This document shows, piece after piece, positions 29,831-39,611 of a DNA stretch of 64,000 nucleotides. The translations under genes were made by a program, and so were the position numbers. Source of the DNA: Candidatus Marinacidobacterales bacterium (GTDB lineage Bacteria > Acidobacteriota > Vicinamibacteria > Marinacidobacterales > DATDRI01); NCBI GenBank assembly GCA_965219415.1, contig CBDCNP010000002.1, positions 2,976,001 to 3,040,000 of the forward strand, given 5' to 3'. How positions within the stretch are numbered: the stretch's first letter is position 1; every line of letters starts with the position of its first letter. The notes under the pieces are model-generated. The model was not told where the DNA came from and ran no database searches. It saw nothing but the letters and a program-made list of their open reading frames with translations.

Positions 29831-30157
29831 CCCACTCGTCACGACGCGATGGATGCGCAGCTTCGATGGAAGATTTATTAAGAAAGGGGCTTGACTAGAA
29901 AGAAAGGGGCTTGACTAGAGGAGTCCAGATATGTTGCTACGCCGTGTTTGAATGCTAGTGTCAGCTGGCCTTCCTGTGTCGGCGAACGCCACTAATAAGG
30001 ATGTCAGCGTGCACACGAAGGTATCTCTGAACGTCAGGCACCGTGTGTTCAGCCCAGCCCGTATCGCCGAAAGAACTGCGTCTCTCGAAATCAGGCTCAA
30101 ACTCTAGCACACGAGCGGGTTACGCGGCAGATACCAACACTTGATGGCGGAAGCACC

Positions 30158-30304
30158 TCCTGTGCCAAAACTCGGCCCTTTAGAAATAGACCACAAATCA
30201 GCAGCTTAGACGCCCTTGGAATCCGCGCAGAATCCAGGGTATTTCGCGCCGCAGGGCTGACTTCCGACACCCATGGGCTGGCGGATGAATAAATAGAAGG
30301 CACA
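30158..30304 (+). mobile_element. ~147-bp mini-element copy (first 2 nt clipped by the IS1 MITE)
   Basis: Near-identical to 1294-1440. Confidence 0.85.
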
Positions 30305-30367
30305 CCTCTACACCCACATCGAGCCGCTTTTGGCCGGTGATGTTCCATTCTTGTGAATAGCCACGAA

Positions 30368-30510
30368 CTAGGTCAGCATCTCCTCGTCGCTGTAATCCCA
30401 GGTGCGAAGTGTTCCCGGCTCGAGACGGATCATCGCAAAGTCGATTTCCTTCATACCATCGGCATAATCGTTTCCTCGAGCCTCACCGAGATAGCGGATG
30501 GCAAGGCGTC
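30368..30510 (-). pseudogene. Tandem partial duplicate of the PPOX 3' end
   Basis: Repeats the 3' end of the PPOX gene with copy-1 alleles. Confidence 0.85.
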
Positions 30511-30545
30511 GCCGGTGATCTTCCATTCTTGTGAATAGCCACGAA

Positions 30546-30980
30546 CTAGGTCAGCATCTTCTCGTCGCTGTAATCCCAGGTGCGAAGTGTTCCCGGCTCG
30601 AGACGGATCATCGCAAAGTCGATTTCCTTCATAGCGTCGGCATAATCGTTTCCTCGAGCCTCACCGAGATAGCGGATGGCAAGGCGCCGTAGGACGTCGA
30701 GGCCGTCAGTCGGGTGCGAAACCTTAGCCTCTCCTCGTATTTCAATGCCCCGATACGGCGGCTGGCTGTCGGCTACTACGACGGATGCCATGGGGTTATG
30801 GTCGAGGTGCCTGGTCTTCACATCCTTTGCGAAGGTCATCACCGTGAACCCGCCGTCCCTGAACTCGTGCCAGACCGGTGACAACAACGAGTGGCCGTTT
30901 TGCATGTGGGTCGCGAGAATCGCCACGGTCGAGCCGGTAAGCAGGTCGCCTAGCTCTTCGGGTTTGAGGTTCTTGCGCAT
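30546..30980 (-). CDS. PPOX-like protein, copy 2
   Basis: 144 aa; 5 amino-acid substitutions relative to 1504-1938. Confidence 0.85.
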   Translation of the reverse strand: MRKNLKPEELGDLLTGSTVAILATHMQNGHSLLSPVWHEFRDGGFTVMTFAKDVKTRHLDHNPMASVVVADSQPPYRGIEIRGEAKVSHPTDGLDVLRRLAIRYLGEARGNDYADAMKEIDFAMIRLEPGTLRTWDYSDEKMLT

Positions 30981-31230
30981 GTCGCACCTCCTGGAAAAAG
31001 ATAATCTACTCTGTCCTGTGCCAAAACTCGGCTCTTTTGAAATAGGCCATAAATCAGCAGCTTAGTGTCTGTGTTTGCGACCGGGCCAAGGCGGCCCAAG
31101 GCGGCCCAAGGGTCTTGAGTTCGTTGCCCAGCCCTTGATGGTTGTGCTCTCCATGATAATGATAGATGAACTCGGCGACGGCCCGTCGCGCGGGTCTTAG
31201 AGTTCGTTTGTATTTCTGGACACGACGCGG

Positions 31231-31548
31231 TCAATGCACTTTGTATTTCGGCGGATCGGGCTCGAAGCTCTCGGGTCGGCTGTCCACCACCGGGCCCGAG
31301 TCGGCCTCGAATCCCATCCCGGAGACGTGCACGTGCAATCGATTTTCTTCGACCGCTTTACGGAAGCGCGCCAGCAAGGTGTCTTTGATAAGGTTGCGGA
31401 AGCCGGGCACGAGCAACGAGAAGCCGAATGCGTCGGTGAAGATCCCCGGTGTCATCAGCAGTGCGCCCGCGACGAGGATCATGACGCCGTCCGCAAGCGA
31501 GCCTGCGGGGACCTCGCCACGGGCCATCTGCTTCTGAGCGCGGGTCAA
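31231..31548 (-). pseudogene. fxsA: FxsA family protein, 5'-truncated
   Basis: GEVPA.SL.DG.MILVAGALLMTPGIFTD..G..LLVP signature; N-terminus absent. Confidence 0.8.
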
Positions 31549-31665
31549 AACCGAGAGACCTTGCCGCCGTGCCTGTGCCTTCTATTTATTCATCCGCGCG
31601 CACCGAACTTGCTAAGCTGCTGATTTATGGTCTATTTCGAAAGATCCGAGTTTTGGCACAGGACG

Positions 31666-33086
31666 GGATGACCCGCCGCCAATAGCGTCTTCTGAACTCT
31701 CCGCAGAAAATCGGGTGATTTCAGCATTTCGCTACTAAAGTGAGGACCGGAGGGGAGCACCAAGTCGCATACACGTCCATTTTTATCCAGTTTGTAGAGT
31801 ATGACAGTGGCTTGTCTATCGGGAGCCTTTCCTTCGTGAGCTTCTCCTTTTGCTTGTGCCCCCCACCTCTCGGGGAACCGCCGCGCGAGCAGCCACATCG
31901 AAGCATCCGCCTTCGGCGGGGTAAACTTCGACACGATCGTAGCGTACTTGACCTTCCCGTCTTTCAACCGGCCGTTTAGGATTTCGCCGCCCTTGTATTT
32001 CACCGTCTGCTGGATAATCTTGCTCTCCCCGAGGGCGCTCCGCTCGATGTTCTCGAGGTGAACCAATTCGAAGTGTACCAGGGCCTTCCGGACGGACTCG
32101 TAAAATTCATAAAATAGGCCGCTCTCTACCTTCCCACGTGCGATCCACCTGCAAAGTGTCTCTGGGGTTATGCCAGCGGACTGCGCTGCATCCTTATAGC
32201 TCATCCCTGCTCGAACGCACCCGAGGATCTTCTCTTGGCGCTCGGGGGTGAGTTTAGTTTTCCGCCCAGCCATGCTTGGGGGAATCTTAAAATTCACGGA
32301 ATTGTCCGCTCTTGCCCTCTTTCCTGGCAATTGCGCAGTTTTATTCTCCCCCATTCGGCGCACACGTCCATTATCCGGTAGGAGCCAAATGACGGTGGGT
32401 TGTCTATCGCGAGCCTCTCCTTCGTGAGCTTCTCCTCTTGCTCGTGGCCCCCACCTATCGGGGAACCGCCGCGCGAGCAGCCACGCCGACCTCTTCCAGT
32501 TCCGCGGGCGAGACTTCGTCGCGGTCGTAGCGTACTTGACCTTCCCGTCTTTCAACTGGCCGTTTAGGATTTCGCCGACCTCGTATCTCAGCGTCTGCCG
32601 GGTGATCTTGCTCTCCCCGAGGGCGCTCCGCTCGATGTTCTTGAGGTGAACCCATTCGAAGTCTGCCAGGGCCTCCTGGACGGACTCGTAAAATTCATGA
32701 AATAGGCCGCTCTCTACCTTCCCACGTGTGATCCACCTGCAAAGTGTCTCTAGGGCTATGCCAGCAGACTCCGCTGCCGCCTTATAGGTCATCCCTGCTC
32801 GAACGCACTTGAGGATCTTCTCTTGGCGCTCGGGGGTGAGTTTGGTTTTCCGCCCAGCCATTTTTGGAATTCTACCATAGGTTTCGCTCTTGATAAAATT
32901 GACGATATAGGCCACTCTTGGCCTGCTCCCCACGCGCGAAACAGGCGTAGAACTTGGCCTTATTGACGCCTGCGACGTCTGCGACCTACCCCCGGCATCC
33001 TTAGCCAGAACGCACTCCAGGATGGTTTTTTGGCGCTCGGGGGTCACTTTGTGTCCATTATTCTCTGTGAACTCCCTGTTTTTCAC
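31666..33086 (-). CDS. Tandem-repeat protein of terminase-small-subunit-like HTH units, C-terminus clipped by an element end
   Basis: Two full units MAGRKTKLTPERQEKIL..VRAG...AWLLARRFP.RWG plus a partial N-terminal unit. Confidence 0.65.
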
Positions 33087-33499
33087 GGTTGCCAGCCGAG
33101 ACCGGATAGCTCCAAACTGCACTATCCGCCACCCAGTCTGTCCAATTGTGGCACTGCAGAGACGGGTGAGATTTTCCGCGCCGTTGGCGCGGTTTTGCAG
33201 GATCAGGTGTCACCAGAGACGCGCTAGAAGGGCTGAACTGGCCTCATTTTCGGTTTTCGTCTCTAATCTCGATTTTCGAGTGCCACGTTCGCGCCAAAGG
33301 GGGGAGCGGGCCGCTGACAGGGCCGTGCAGCGTCGGAAAAGAGGCTACCCGAGGGGTCCAGAATCGAGGCCAGGGCTACCTTGGCGTAGCCGACTAGCAT
33401 GTTCTGGTCCAGGTGCGCCTAGGCCTCCTTGATGCCCTTATCTTGTCTCGAATTGGGCCTCAGCCAGGGGTCCGCCAAGGCTTGAGCAAAGCTTCCTCC

Positions 33500-33728
33500 C
33501 GCAAAGCCAAGCTTTGAGGACCCTGTTCTCCTCAAGCAAATAGACGATAGCGGCCTGTTGGTCACGCTGGACCCGACCAGCGATGACGACCACCAACCAT
33601 GTCAAAGGCTGGATCGGCGTCCTCATAACCGAGGATTTCAGCTTCCATTGGCCAACCAAGCCTATGAACTCTAATCCGAAGCGTCCCGGCGCGCGGGTCT
33701 TAAGTTCGTTTGTGTTTTTGGACACGAC
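33500..33728 (-). pseudogene. Degenerate rve transposase N-terminus with end CGTCGTGTCCAAAAAC
   Basis: AGRVQRDQQAAIVYLLEENRVLK resembles the N-terminus of 45337-46404. Confidence 0.7.
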
Positions 33729-33736
33729 GGGAGGCT

Positions 33737-34505
33737 TCAGACTGACGGAAGATCCGACAACGATATCTTCTGGAGATCGCCATCAGGGGCGTGAGCCTTC
33801 TCCGCCGCCCGGCGAATAATCGCCTTGATGGCCTCTTCTAGAAATCGGCGGTTCTGATATGTCAGATCATTGTCCTTGCCGCTCGCCTTTCTCGCTTGCT
33901 GGCCGCCTCTCTCCGAGGAAAGGTGGCCGATCTTGTTGAGCACCTCCAACTCTATCCGATACACTTCAGATGCCAACTCCCTACACCTTTTCTTCTTCGT
34001 TGAACGTTCAAGTATGGTCAGACAGAAATAGGCCGTGCTCGCCAAAGGTTCTCTGCCCTGGAGATAACCCATGTAGCGATCATACATGGTCTGCACATCG
34101 GGGATGAGCTTGAGTCCCGATGATGGTGGCGAAGGATAAGGTTTTAAAACGGTAGCCATCACGCTTACCTTCGGTACCCCACTCGTGATGCTCACGGATG
34201 TATCCATCACACCCGGTGTCGGCTTCCGGGTCCTCAATGTGCGCCCTTTTAAACTTTAACTTGAAATGGTTCGGCCCTTCCCGAAGGCTAGCGTCGAACT
34301 CCCAAACGCGGATGTAGTCTTCAATGGCTTCCCGTGCAGCGTCTTTCGTCTCGTAGTGTTCCTTGAATTCAAAGCACACTTGCTCATTCGCGATCTCGAC
34401 ACGAAAACCTGTCTCTTCGTGATCGATTGGCTTCGCCTCACCATAATCAACCCACCGACCATGCTCGATTTGGTAAAGCAATGCGACTACATGAGGGTCG
34501 TTCAT
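33737..34505 (-). pseudogene. Conserved hypothetical protein, frameshifted near 34237
   Basis: ORFs 34080-34505 and 33737-34237 join into one coherent ~255-aa protein. Confidence 0.6.
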
Positions 34506-34647
34506 TGAACTACCCCGGGAATGCGTGCCGAGGTCCGTGGAAAAAAACGGCGCTCCTCCACTTCGTCATCACGTGGCTCTCGAGTTCCCTTCGTTCGGTT
34601 ATCATGTCTCTATCTTCGAACCATCAGCGGGATCGCTACGCCACAAA

Positions 34648-36348
34648 CTATTGATCCGCAACCGGCGACAGCACCTCGTGTAGGAGGGTGTCAAGCAGGC
34701 GGCAGCGGGTGTTGTCACCGGTGGCGATGTTCGCCTCTAAGCGGTCGCAAAGCGCCATCAGTTCATCGACCTTGGCGACGATGCGGTGTTGTTCGGCGAG
34801 GGGTGCGAGCGGGATCAAGAGACGCCGGAGACCAGAAAGCGGAACGGTCTTTTGTGCGATGCCTGTCGCACAAGCGATTGCTTGCTCGAATACCAGACGG
34901 CTTTCCATCGCACGAGCCAAGAACAACACATCAATGAGTTTGGACGGCCGCAATATTCCAATGTGGCGCTGAACGCAGAAAGGTTGATCGTCACGGACAA
35001 CGATGGGTATCCCATACGACCCAACCAGGGTGTAAAGAAGGTCACCACTTCTTGGGCGGCGAATCGGGTCAAGGGCTTCGTAGTATTCCGGCGACACGAA
35101 TCGTGACCCTGCGAACTCAATCGTTTGGCTACGGACGTTACCGATTACCAGGAAAGGGATTCCACTCTCGGTCTTCGGCGGTGGAAGATGGTCTCCATCG
35201 GTAATCGACGCACACACGGATTGGAGATCGATAATCACCCATCCCTGTGGCACATCCCATCCTGTAATTGAACTGGTCAGGTTGGTCGTCGGTTTGGTCT
35301 TCTTTCTCCCCCCCACCTTCTCTGCAGTAATCCGCTTCAACAGTTCCGACGCCGGTTCGTCCGCTCGATCCTGCTCCACCAGCATGCCGCGCACGGCGAG
35401 GTTGAGGATGGTCTGGCGCAGGCCCTTGATCTGGTCGAGGCGGGTGGTGAGCGGAGCGAAGTTTTCGAGCGCGAAGGCGGCATGGCCCTGAAACACCGAC
35501 GGGTTGGGATCGGGCGCGTTGAGTCGGGCGAGGCTCGCCGCTGCAAGCCGGTCGCGCGTCGCCTCCCGCTCGGCGCGCGCCACCTCCAGCCGGTCGCAGA
35601 GTGCCATTAGTTCGTCGACCTTGGCCACGATGCGGTGCTGCTCGGTGAGGGGCGGGAGCGGGAAAGATGAGTTAGCGAAATACTCAGTAGGCACACGCTT
35701 CTGGCCTGCTGTGCCGGTCATCTTGGGGATGCCAGCTTCAATGAAATGAGAGCATTTCAGAAAAATCAGAATGTAATCAGGATCGACGAAAAGCGGGCGA
35801 ACAATATGCAATTCGGTGGTGCCGCTTCCGAGCCCACCAGTCAAGTTCCGAAAAACTGCCGATTTCCCGTTCTCGAAACACGGTGTGATCTTTGCCAGGC
35901 CGACATCACCTTCGGCGAAGTGGGTATACCCTTTCTTGATCTCACCCCATTGCCGAACTTCATGCTCAATTGGCAAACCGTATCCAGACGCAATCAACGG
36001 CATCGGAACAAATGAAGATTGAACGTCATCGTCTACATTGTTTCGAGGACTTAACACGCCGATTTCTGCGATTTGGCTCCACCGCCAATTGACAGGCAAT
36101 GGGCATGGCATGTCTTGTCCAAGAAGAGTTGGAATTATCTTTTGTTTCTTGATCTTCCCCGTCTTCACCAACCGCGCCTTCTCCGACGCGATCCGTTTCA
36201 ACAGTTTCGACGCCGGTTCGTCGTTCAGGTCCTGCTCCACCAGCTTGCCGCGCACCGCCAAATCGAGAATGAAGCGGCGAAAGCGCACAATCGCATCCGG
36301 AGCGTCGGCGATCCGTTCGTAATGGGCCAGCAATCGATCGGCGTTCAT
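34648..36348 (-). CDS. hsdS: Type I R-M specificity subunit
   Basis: Two TRDs with repeated LPPL.EQHRIVAKVDELMALCDRLE and ILDLAVRGKLVEQD conserved regions. Confidence 0.95.
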   Translation of the reverse strand: MNADRLLAHYERIADAPDAIVRFRRFILDLAVRGKLVEQDLNDEPASKLLKRIASEKARLVKTGKIKKQKIIPTLLGQDMPCPLPVNWRWSQIAEIGVLSPRNNVDDDVQSSFVPMPLIASGYGLPIEHEVRQWGEIKKGYTHFAEGDVGLAKITPCFENGKSAVFRNLTGGLGSGTTELHIVRPLFVDPDYILIFLKCSHFIEAGIPKMTGTAGQKRVPTEYFANSSFPLPPLTEQHRIVAKVDELMALCDRLEVARAEREATRDRLAAASLARLNAPDPNPSVFQGHAAFALENFAPLTTRLDQIKGLRQTILNLAVRGMLVEQDRADEPASELLKRITAEKVGGRKKTKPTTNLTSSITGWDVPQGWVIIDLQSVCASITDGDHLPPPKTESGIPFLVIGNVRSQTIEFAGSRFVSPEYYEALDPIRRPRSGDLLYTLVGSYGIPIVVRDDQPFCVQRHIGILRPSKLIDVLFLARAMESRLVFEQAIACATGIAQKTVPLSGLRRLLIPLAPLAEQHRIVAKVDELMALCDRLEANIATGDNTRCRLLDTLLHEVLSPVADQ

Positions 36349-37802
36349 CGCATGAGCGCCGCGGCCAGGATCGCCTTCAAGCGGTCGCGCAAGGCCGCCG
36401 TTTCAGCCTCGGCAGCAGTCAGTTCCTTCAGCAGTTCCTCCGGCTCGCCGTGGTCGTCGCCTTGCACGTGCGGGTTCTTGATGTCGAGGTTGTAGCCACG
36501 CGCTTTGACCCCATCGGCCGTCACCTTCCAGGCACGCTCCGTCTCCTTCCGGCCCTCACGGTCCCTCCCACCCCACCAATCGATGCAACCTTGCAAATGC
36601 TCCAGCCGGATCGGCCGGGTCATGGAGTAGGCCTTCTGGCCCTCTGGCACGAGATGTTCGTAAAACCAGATGTCCCCGGTTGGCTCGCCCTTTTCGAAGA
36701 ACAGCAGGTTAGTGCCGATGGAGGCATAGGGCCGAAACACAGAATTGGGCAGGCGGACGATGGTGTGGAGGTTGCACTCCTCCATCAGATGTTCCTTGAG
36801 GCGTGTCTTGACGCCCTCGCCAAATAGCGAGCCGTCGGGCAGCACCACGGCGGCGCGACCAGTCGGCTTCAACAAGCGAATGATGAGAGCGAGGAACAGG
36901 TCTGCTGTCTCCCGCGTGCGGAAATGTTGCGGGAAGTTCGACTCGATGCCGTCCTCCTCCTTGCCGCCAAAGGGTGGATTGGTAAGCACGATGTCCACCC
37001 GGTCCTTCCGCTCCCAGCTGATATAGGGACGGGCCAGGGTGTTGTCGTGGCGGACGAAGCTCGGGTCCTCGATGCCATGCAGTAGCATGTTGGTGACACA
37101 GAGCATGTGCGGAAGCTGCTTTTTCTCCACTGCGCGCAACGCCGCCTGCATGTTCTGCTCATCCTCAGGTCGCTTGACGTAGCGCTCGCGCATGTGACGC
37201 AGCGAACAGGTGAGGAATCCTCCGGTGCCACAGGCGGGATCGAGCAAGCTCTCGCCAAGCTTCGGGTCAATACGGTCGACCATGAAGGCGGTGACGGCGC
37301 GGGGCGTATAGTATTCGCCGGCGTTGCCCGCCGATTGCAGGTCGTTGAGAATCTGCTCGTAGATGTCTCCGAAATGCTGGCGTTCGGTCAGGTTGTTGAA
37401 ATCGACCCCGTTGATCTTGTTGACCACCTGGCGCATCAACTGACCGGATTTCATGTAGTTGTGGGCGTCCTCGAACACGGCGCGGACGACGCGGCGTCGG
37501 TCGCCGAGATGCCCGGTCATCCGGAGGTTCTTAAAGGCCGGGAACAGGTCGTCGTTGATGAAGGCAAGCAGTTCTTCACCGGTGATGCCCTCGGGGTCCG
37601 CCGCCCAAGCGCGCCATTGGTAGCGCTTGGGGATCGGCGAGGCGTAGCCGGGCCGCATCAATCCTAGTTCCTGGTCTTGATCACCGATGATCTTGAGGAA
37701 GAACATCCAGCACAACTGGCTGATGCGCTGGGCGTCGCCATCAACGCCGGTGTCCTGGCGCATGATGTTCTGGATGGATTTGACAAGGGTACGGACGGAC
37801 AT
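36345..37802 (-). CDS. hsdM: Type I R-M methyltransferase
   Basis: GEYYTPR, DPACGTGGFL, LTNPPFGG. Confidence 0.96.
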   Translation of the reverse strand: MSVRTLVKSIQNIMRQDTGVDGDAQRISQLCWMFFLKIIGDQDQELGLMRPGYASPIPKRYQWRAWAADPEGITGEELLAFINDDLFPAFKNLRMTGHLGDRRRVVRAVFEDAHNYMKSGQLMRQVVNKINGVDFNNLTERQHFGDIYEQILNDLQSAGNAGEYYTPRAVTAFMVDRIDPKLGESLLDPACGTGGFLTCSLRHMRERYVKRPEDEQNMQAALRAVEKKQLPHMLCVTNMLLHGIEDPSFVRHDNTLARPYISWERKDRVDIVLTNPPFGGKEEDGIESNFPQHFRTRETADLFLALIIRLLKPTGRAAVVLPDGSLFGEGVKTRLKEHLMEECNLHTIVRLPNSVFRPYASIGTNLLFFEKGEPTGDIWFYEHLVPEGQKAYSMTRPIRLEHLQGCIDWWGGRDREGRKETERAWKVTADGVKARGYNLDIKNPHVQGDDHGEPEELLKELTAAEAETAALRDRLKAILAAALMR

Positions 37803-37805
37803 GGG

Positions 37806-39048
37806 CTAAGCAGTCTCCCGATAAAGGGCCGATTGAAGCTCGTGGACGGCCTCGATGAAACCCGCTCTCCCGCCGAAGACCTCGACCAACTGCACCGGCG
37901 TGCCGAGTTGGGTGAAAGGTGGGATGCGCAGCACGGTGACATCGTCGAGGTTGAACACACCCTCGTCGGCGTACTTGGCGAGCAACGCGTCGAGCACAGC
38001 GCGGGCCTGGTCTCCGTACTTGTTGAACACGTTCCGCTTCTTGACGCTGTCGGCCCGCTCGCGCCGGGTCAGCGGCTTAGCGTCGAAGGCGACATGGCAG
38101 ATGAGGTCGAAGGGGTCGAGGTCCTTGCCCAATTCCAAGGCGATGAGGTCGAGCGGCAAACCCCCGGCCTCCAACTCCTCGACGATCGCCTGCTTGCGTT
38201 CGGCGGCTTCCCAGCGCTTCAAGAAGTCGTCGAGGCCGACGAAGTGCTTCCTCAGCGCCTTTTTGGTGAAGTCGCGCAGGGATTCGGTGACGAGCTTGCC
38301 GTTCTCATCGAGATATTCCACCCTTTCGGCGACGATGGTCGCGGCGACGCCGTCCACATAGACCTTGCGCACTCCACTGGTATTCGGCACGGTGATGTCG
38401 GGCGGTTTGTCAACGCCGGTTTCGTCATCGCCCGGTTCCGGCGGTATGGGGTCATCGCCGGCGACGGTGGGCGAAGTATCTTCGGGCGGCAGGATGGGGT
38501 CGCCGTCACCCGGTTCGTATATCTGCACCGGTTCGCCGTCGAAATCCGGGTCCGCGAAATAGGTGGTTGCGCCCCGAAAATCCATCAAGGTGAAGTAGAA
38601 CTTGCGGGTGTCCTCATGTACGCGCGTCCCCCGCCCGATGATCTGCTTGAACTCGGTCATGGAGCCGACCTCGCGTTCGAGCACGATGAGCCGGCAAGTC
38701 TGCACATCGACACCGGTCGATAGCAGCCGTGATGTCGTGACCAACACGGGGTATCTGGATTCCGGGTCGATGAAGTTGCTGAGTTGCTTCTGCCCCTCAA
38801 GGTCGGCGCCGGTGATGCGCATGACGTAGCGGTGGTTCTTTTCCACCAGGTCGGCGTTTTCGTTGATGAGTGCCTGGCGCACGCGAGCAGCATGTTCCTG
38901 GTCGACACAGAAAACGATCGCTTTCTGAAAACGGTCTCCACTTTCCTTCAAGAACGCCGTGACCTTTCGGGCCACGAGCTTGGTCCGCTCATCCAGGACC
39001 AGCGTGCGGTCGAAGTCCTTGATGTTGTAGATGCGGTCCTCGACCTCC
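37806..39048 (-). pseudogene. hsdR: Type I R-M restriction subunit (EcoEI-like), C-terminal half only
   Basis: KAIVFC, LSTGVD, FKQIIGRGTR and an EcoEI R C-terminal domain; N-terminus removed at the element end at 39049. Confidence 0.92.
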
Positions 39049-39350
39049 TGTGCATCGTCAAAACTGCTCCGCCCACGAAATCAAGGACTTACGCTCCGCT
39101 TGAATTCCGGGCCGAAGACGGCGAAACTCCGCCGCTATGCTCGACGTTGTTGTCTTCCTCGTCTCACTTTGGCGTCCGTGCCATTCGGGCGATGTGTCGG
39201 CACCGCGCCGACCTGGTGTTGGAGAATGTCGCTTTGCGGCAGCAAGTGACGGCGCTGAAGAAAGAGCGCCCACGCCCACCGCTCGACGACACGGAACGGG
39301 CTTTCTGGGTTGCCCTTCGAGGTTCGTGGCCCGTGTGGGCGAGCCGCCTG
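39049..39350 (+). mobile_element. Left end plus 5' fragment of rve family B element
   Basis: TGTGCATCGTCAAAAC end; near-identical to the start of 43300-44584; followed by a second transposase N-terminal remnant (RQTYDHRLRD, minus strand, 39355-39485). Confidence 0.85.
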
Positions 39351-39611
39351 AAATAGCCGCGCCCACGTGCGTCGGGTCGATGCCGAGATCGCGACGTTCA
39401 GGAACAGGTCCGCATTACCCGTCGCGGCGATGGCATCACGCAGCCTATGGTCGTAGGTCTGGCGAACTCGGAGGGCTCTCATCATGCCCAAGCATGGCAG
39501 GGAGAAAGTCACCTGGCTAGCCGGACCCCTTGAATGCCCCCGGTATTTACAGACGTGTCGAACGTTCGCTCTCCCCACTCCAGAAGGATCGTACGAACAG
39601 CACTGCTGATC

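Larger units (their letters stand above)
28488..29933 (+). mobile_element. IS110-family element (IS1111 group)
   Basis: Sub-terminal IRs TGGACTCCTC / GAGGAGTCCA; shared TG core at both junctions; long 3' non-coding region. Confidence 0.9.
28468..30157 (+). mobile_element. IS1-family MITE interrupted in its terminal repeat by an IS110-family element
   Basis: Joining 28468-28487 to 29934-30157 reconstitutes the ~245-bp MITE seen intact at 41907-42151. Confidence 0.88.
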
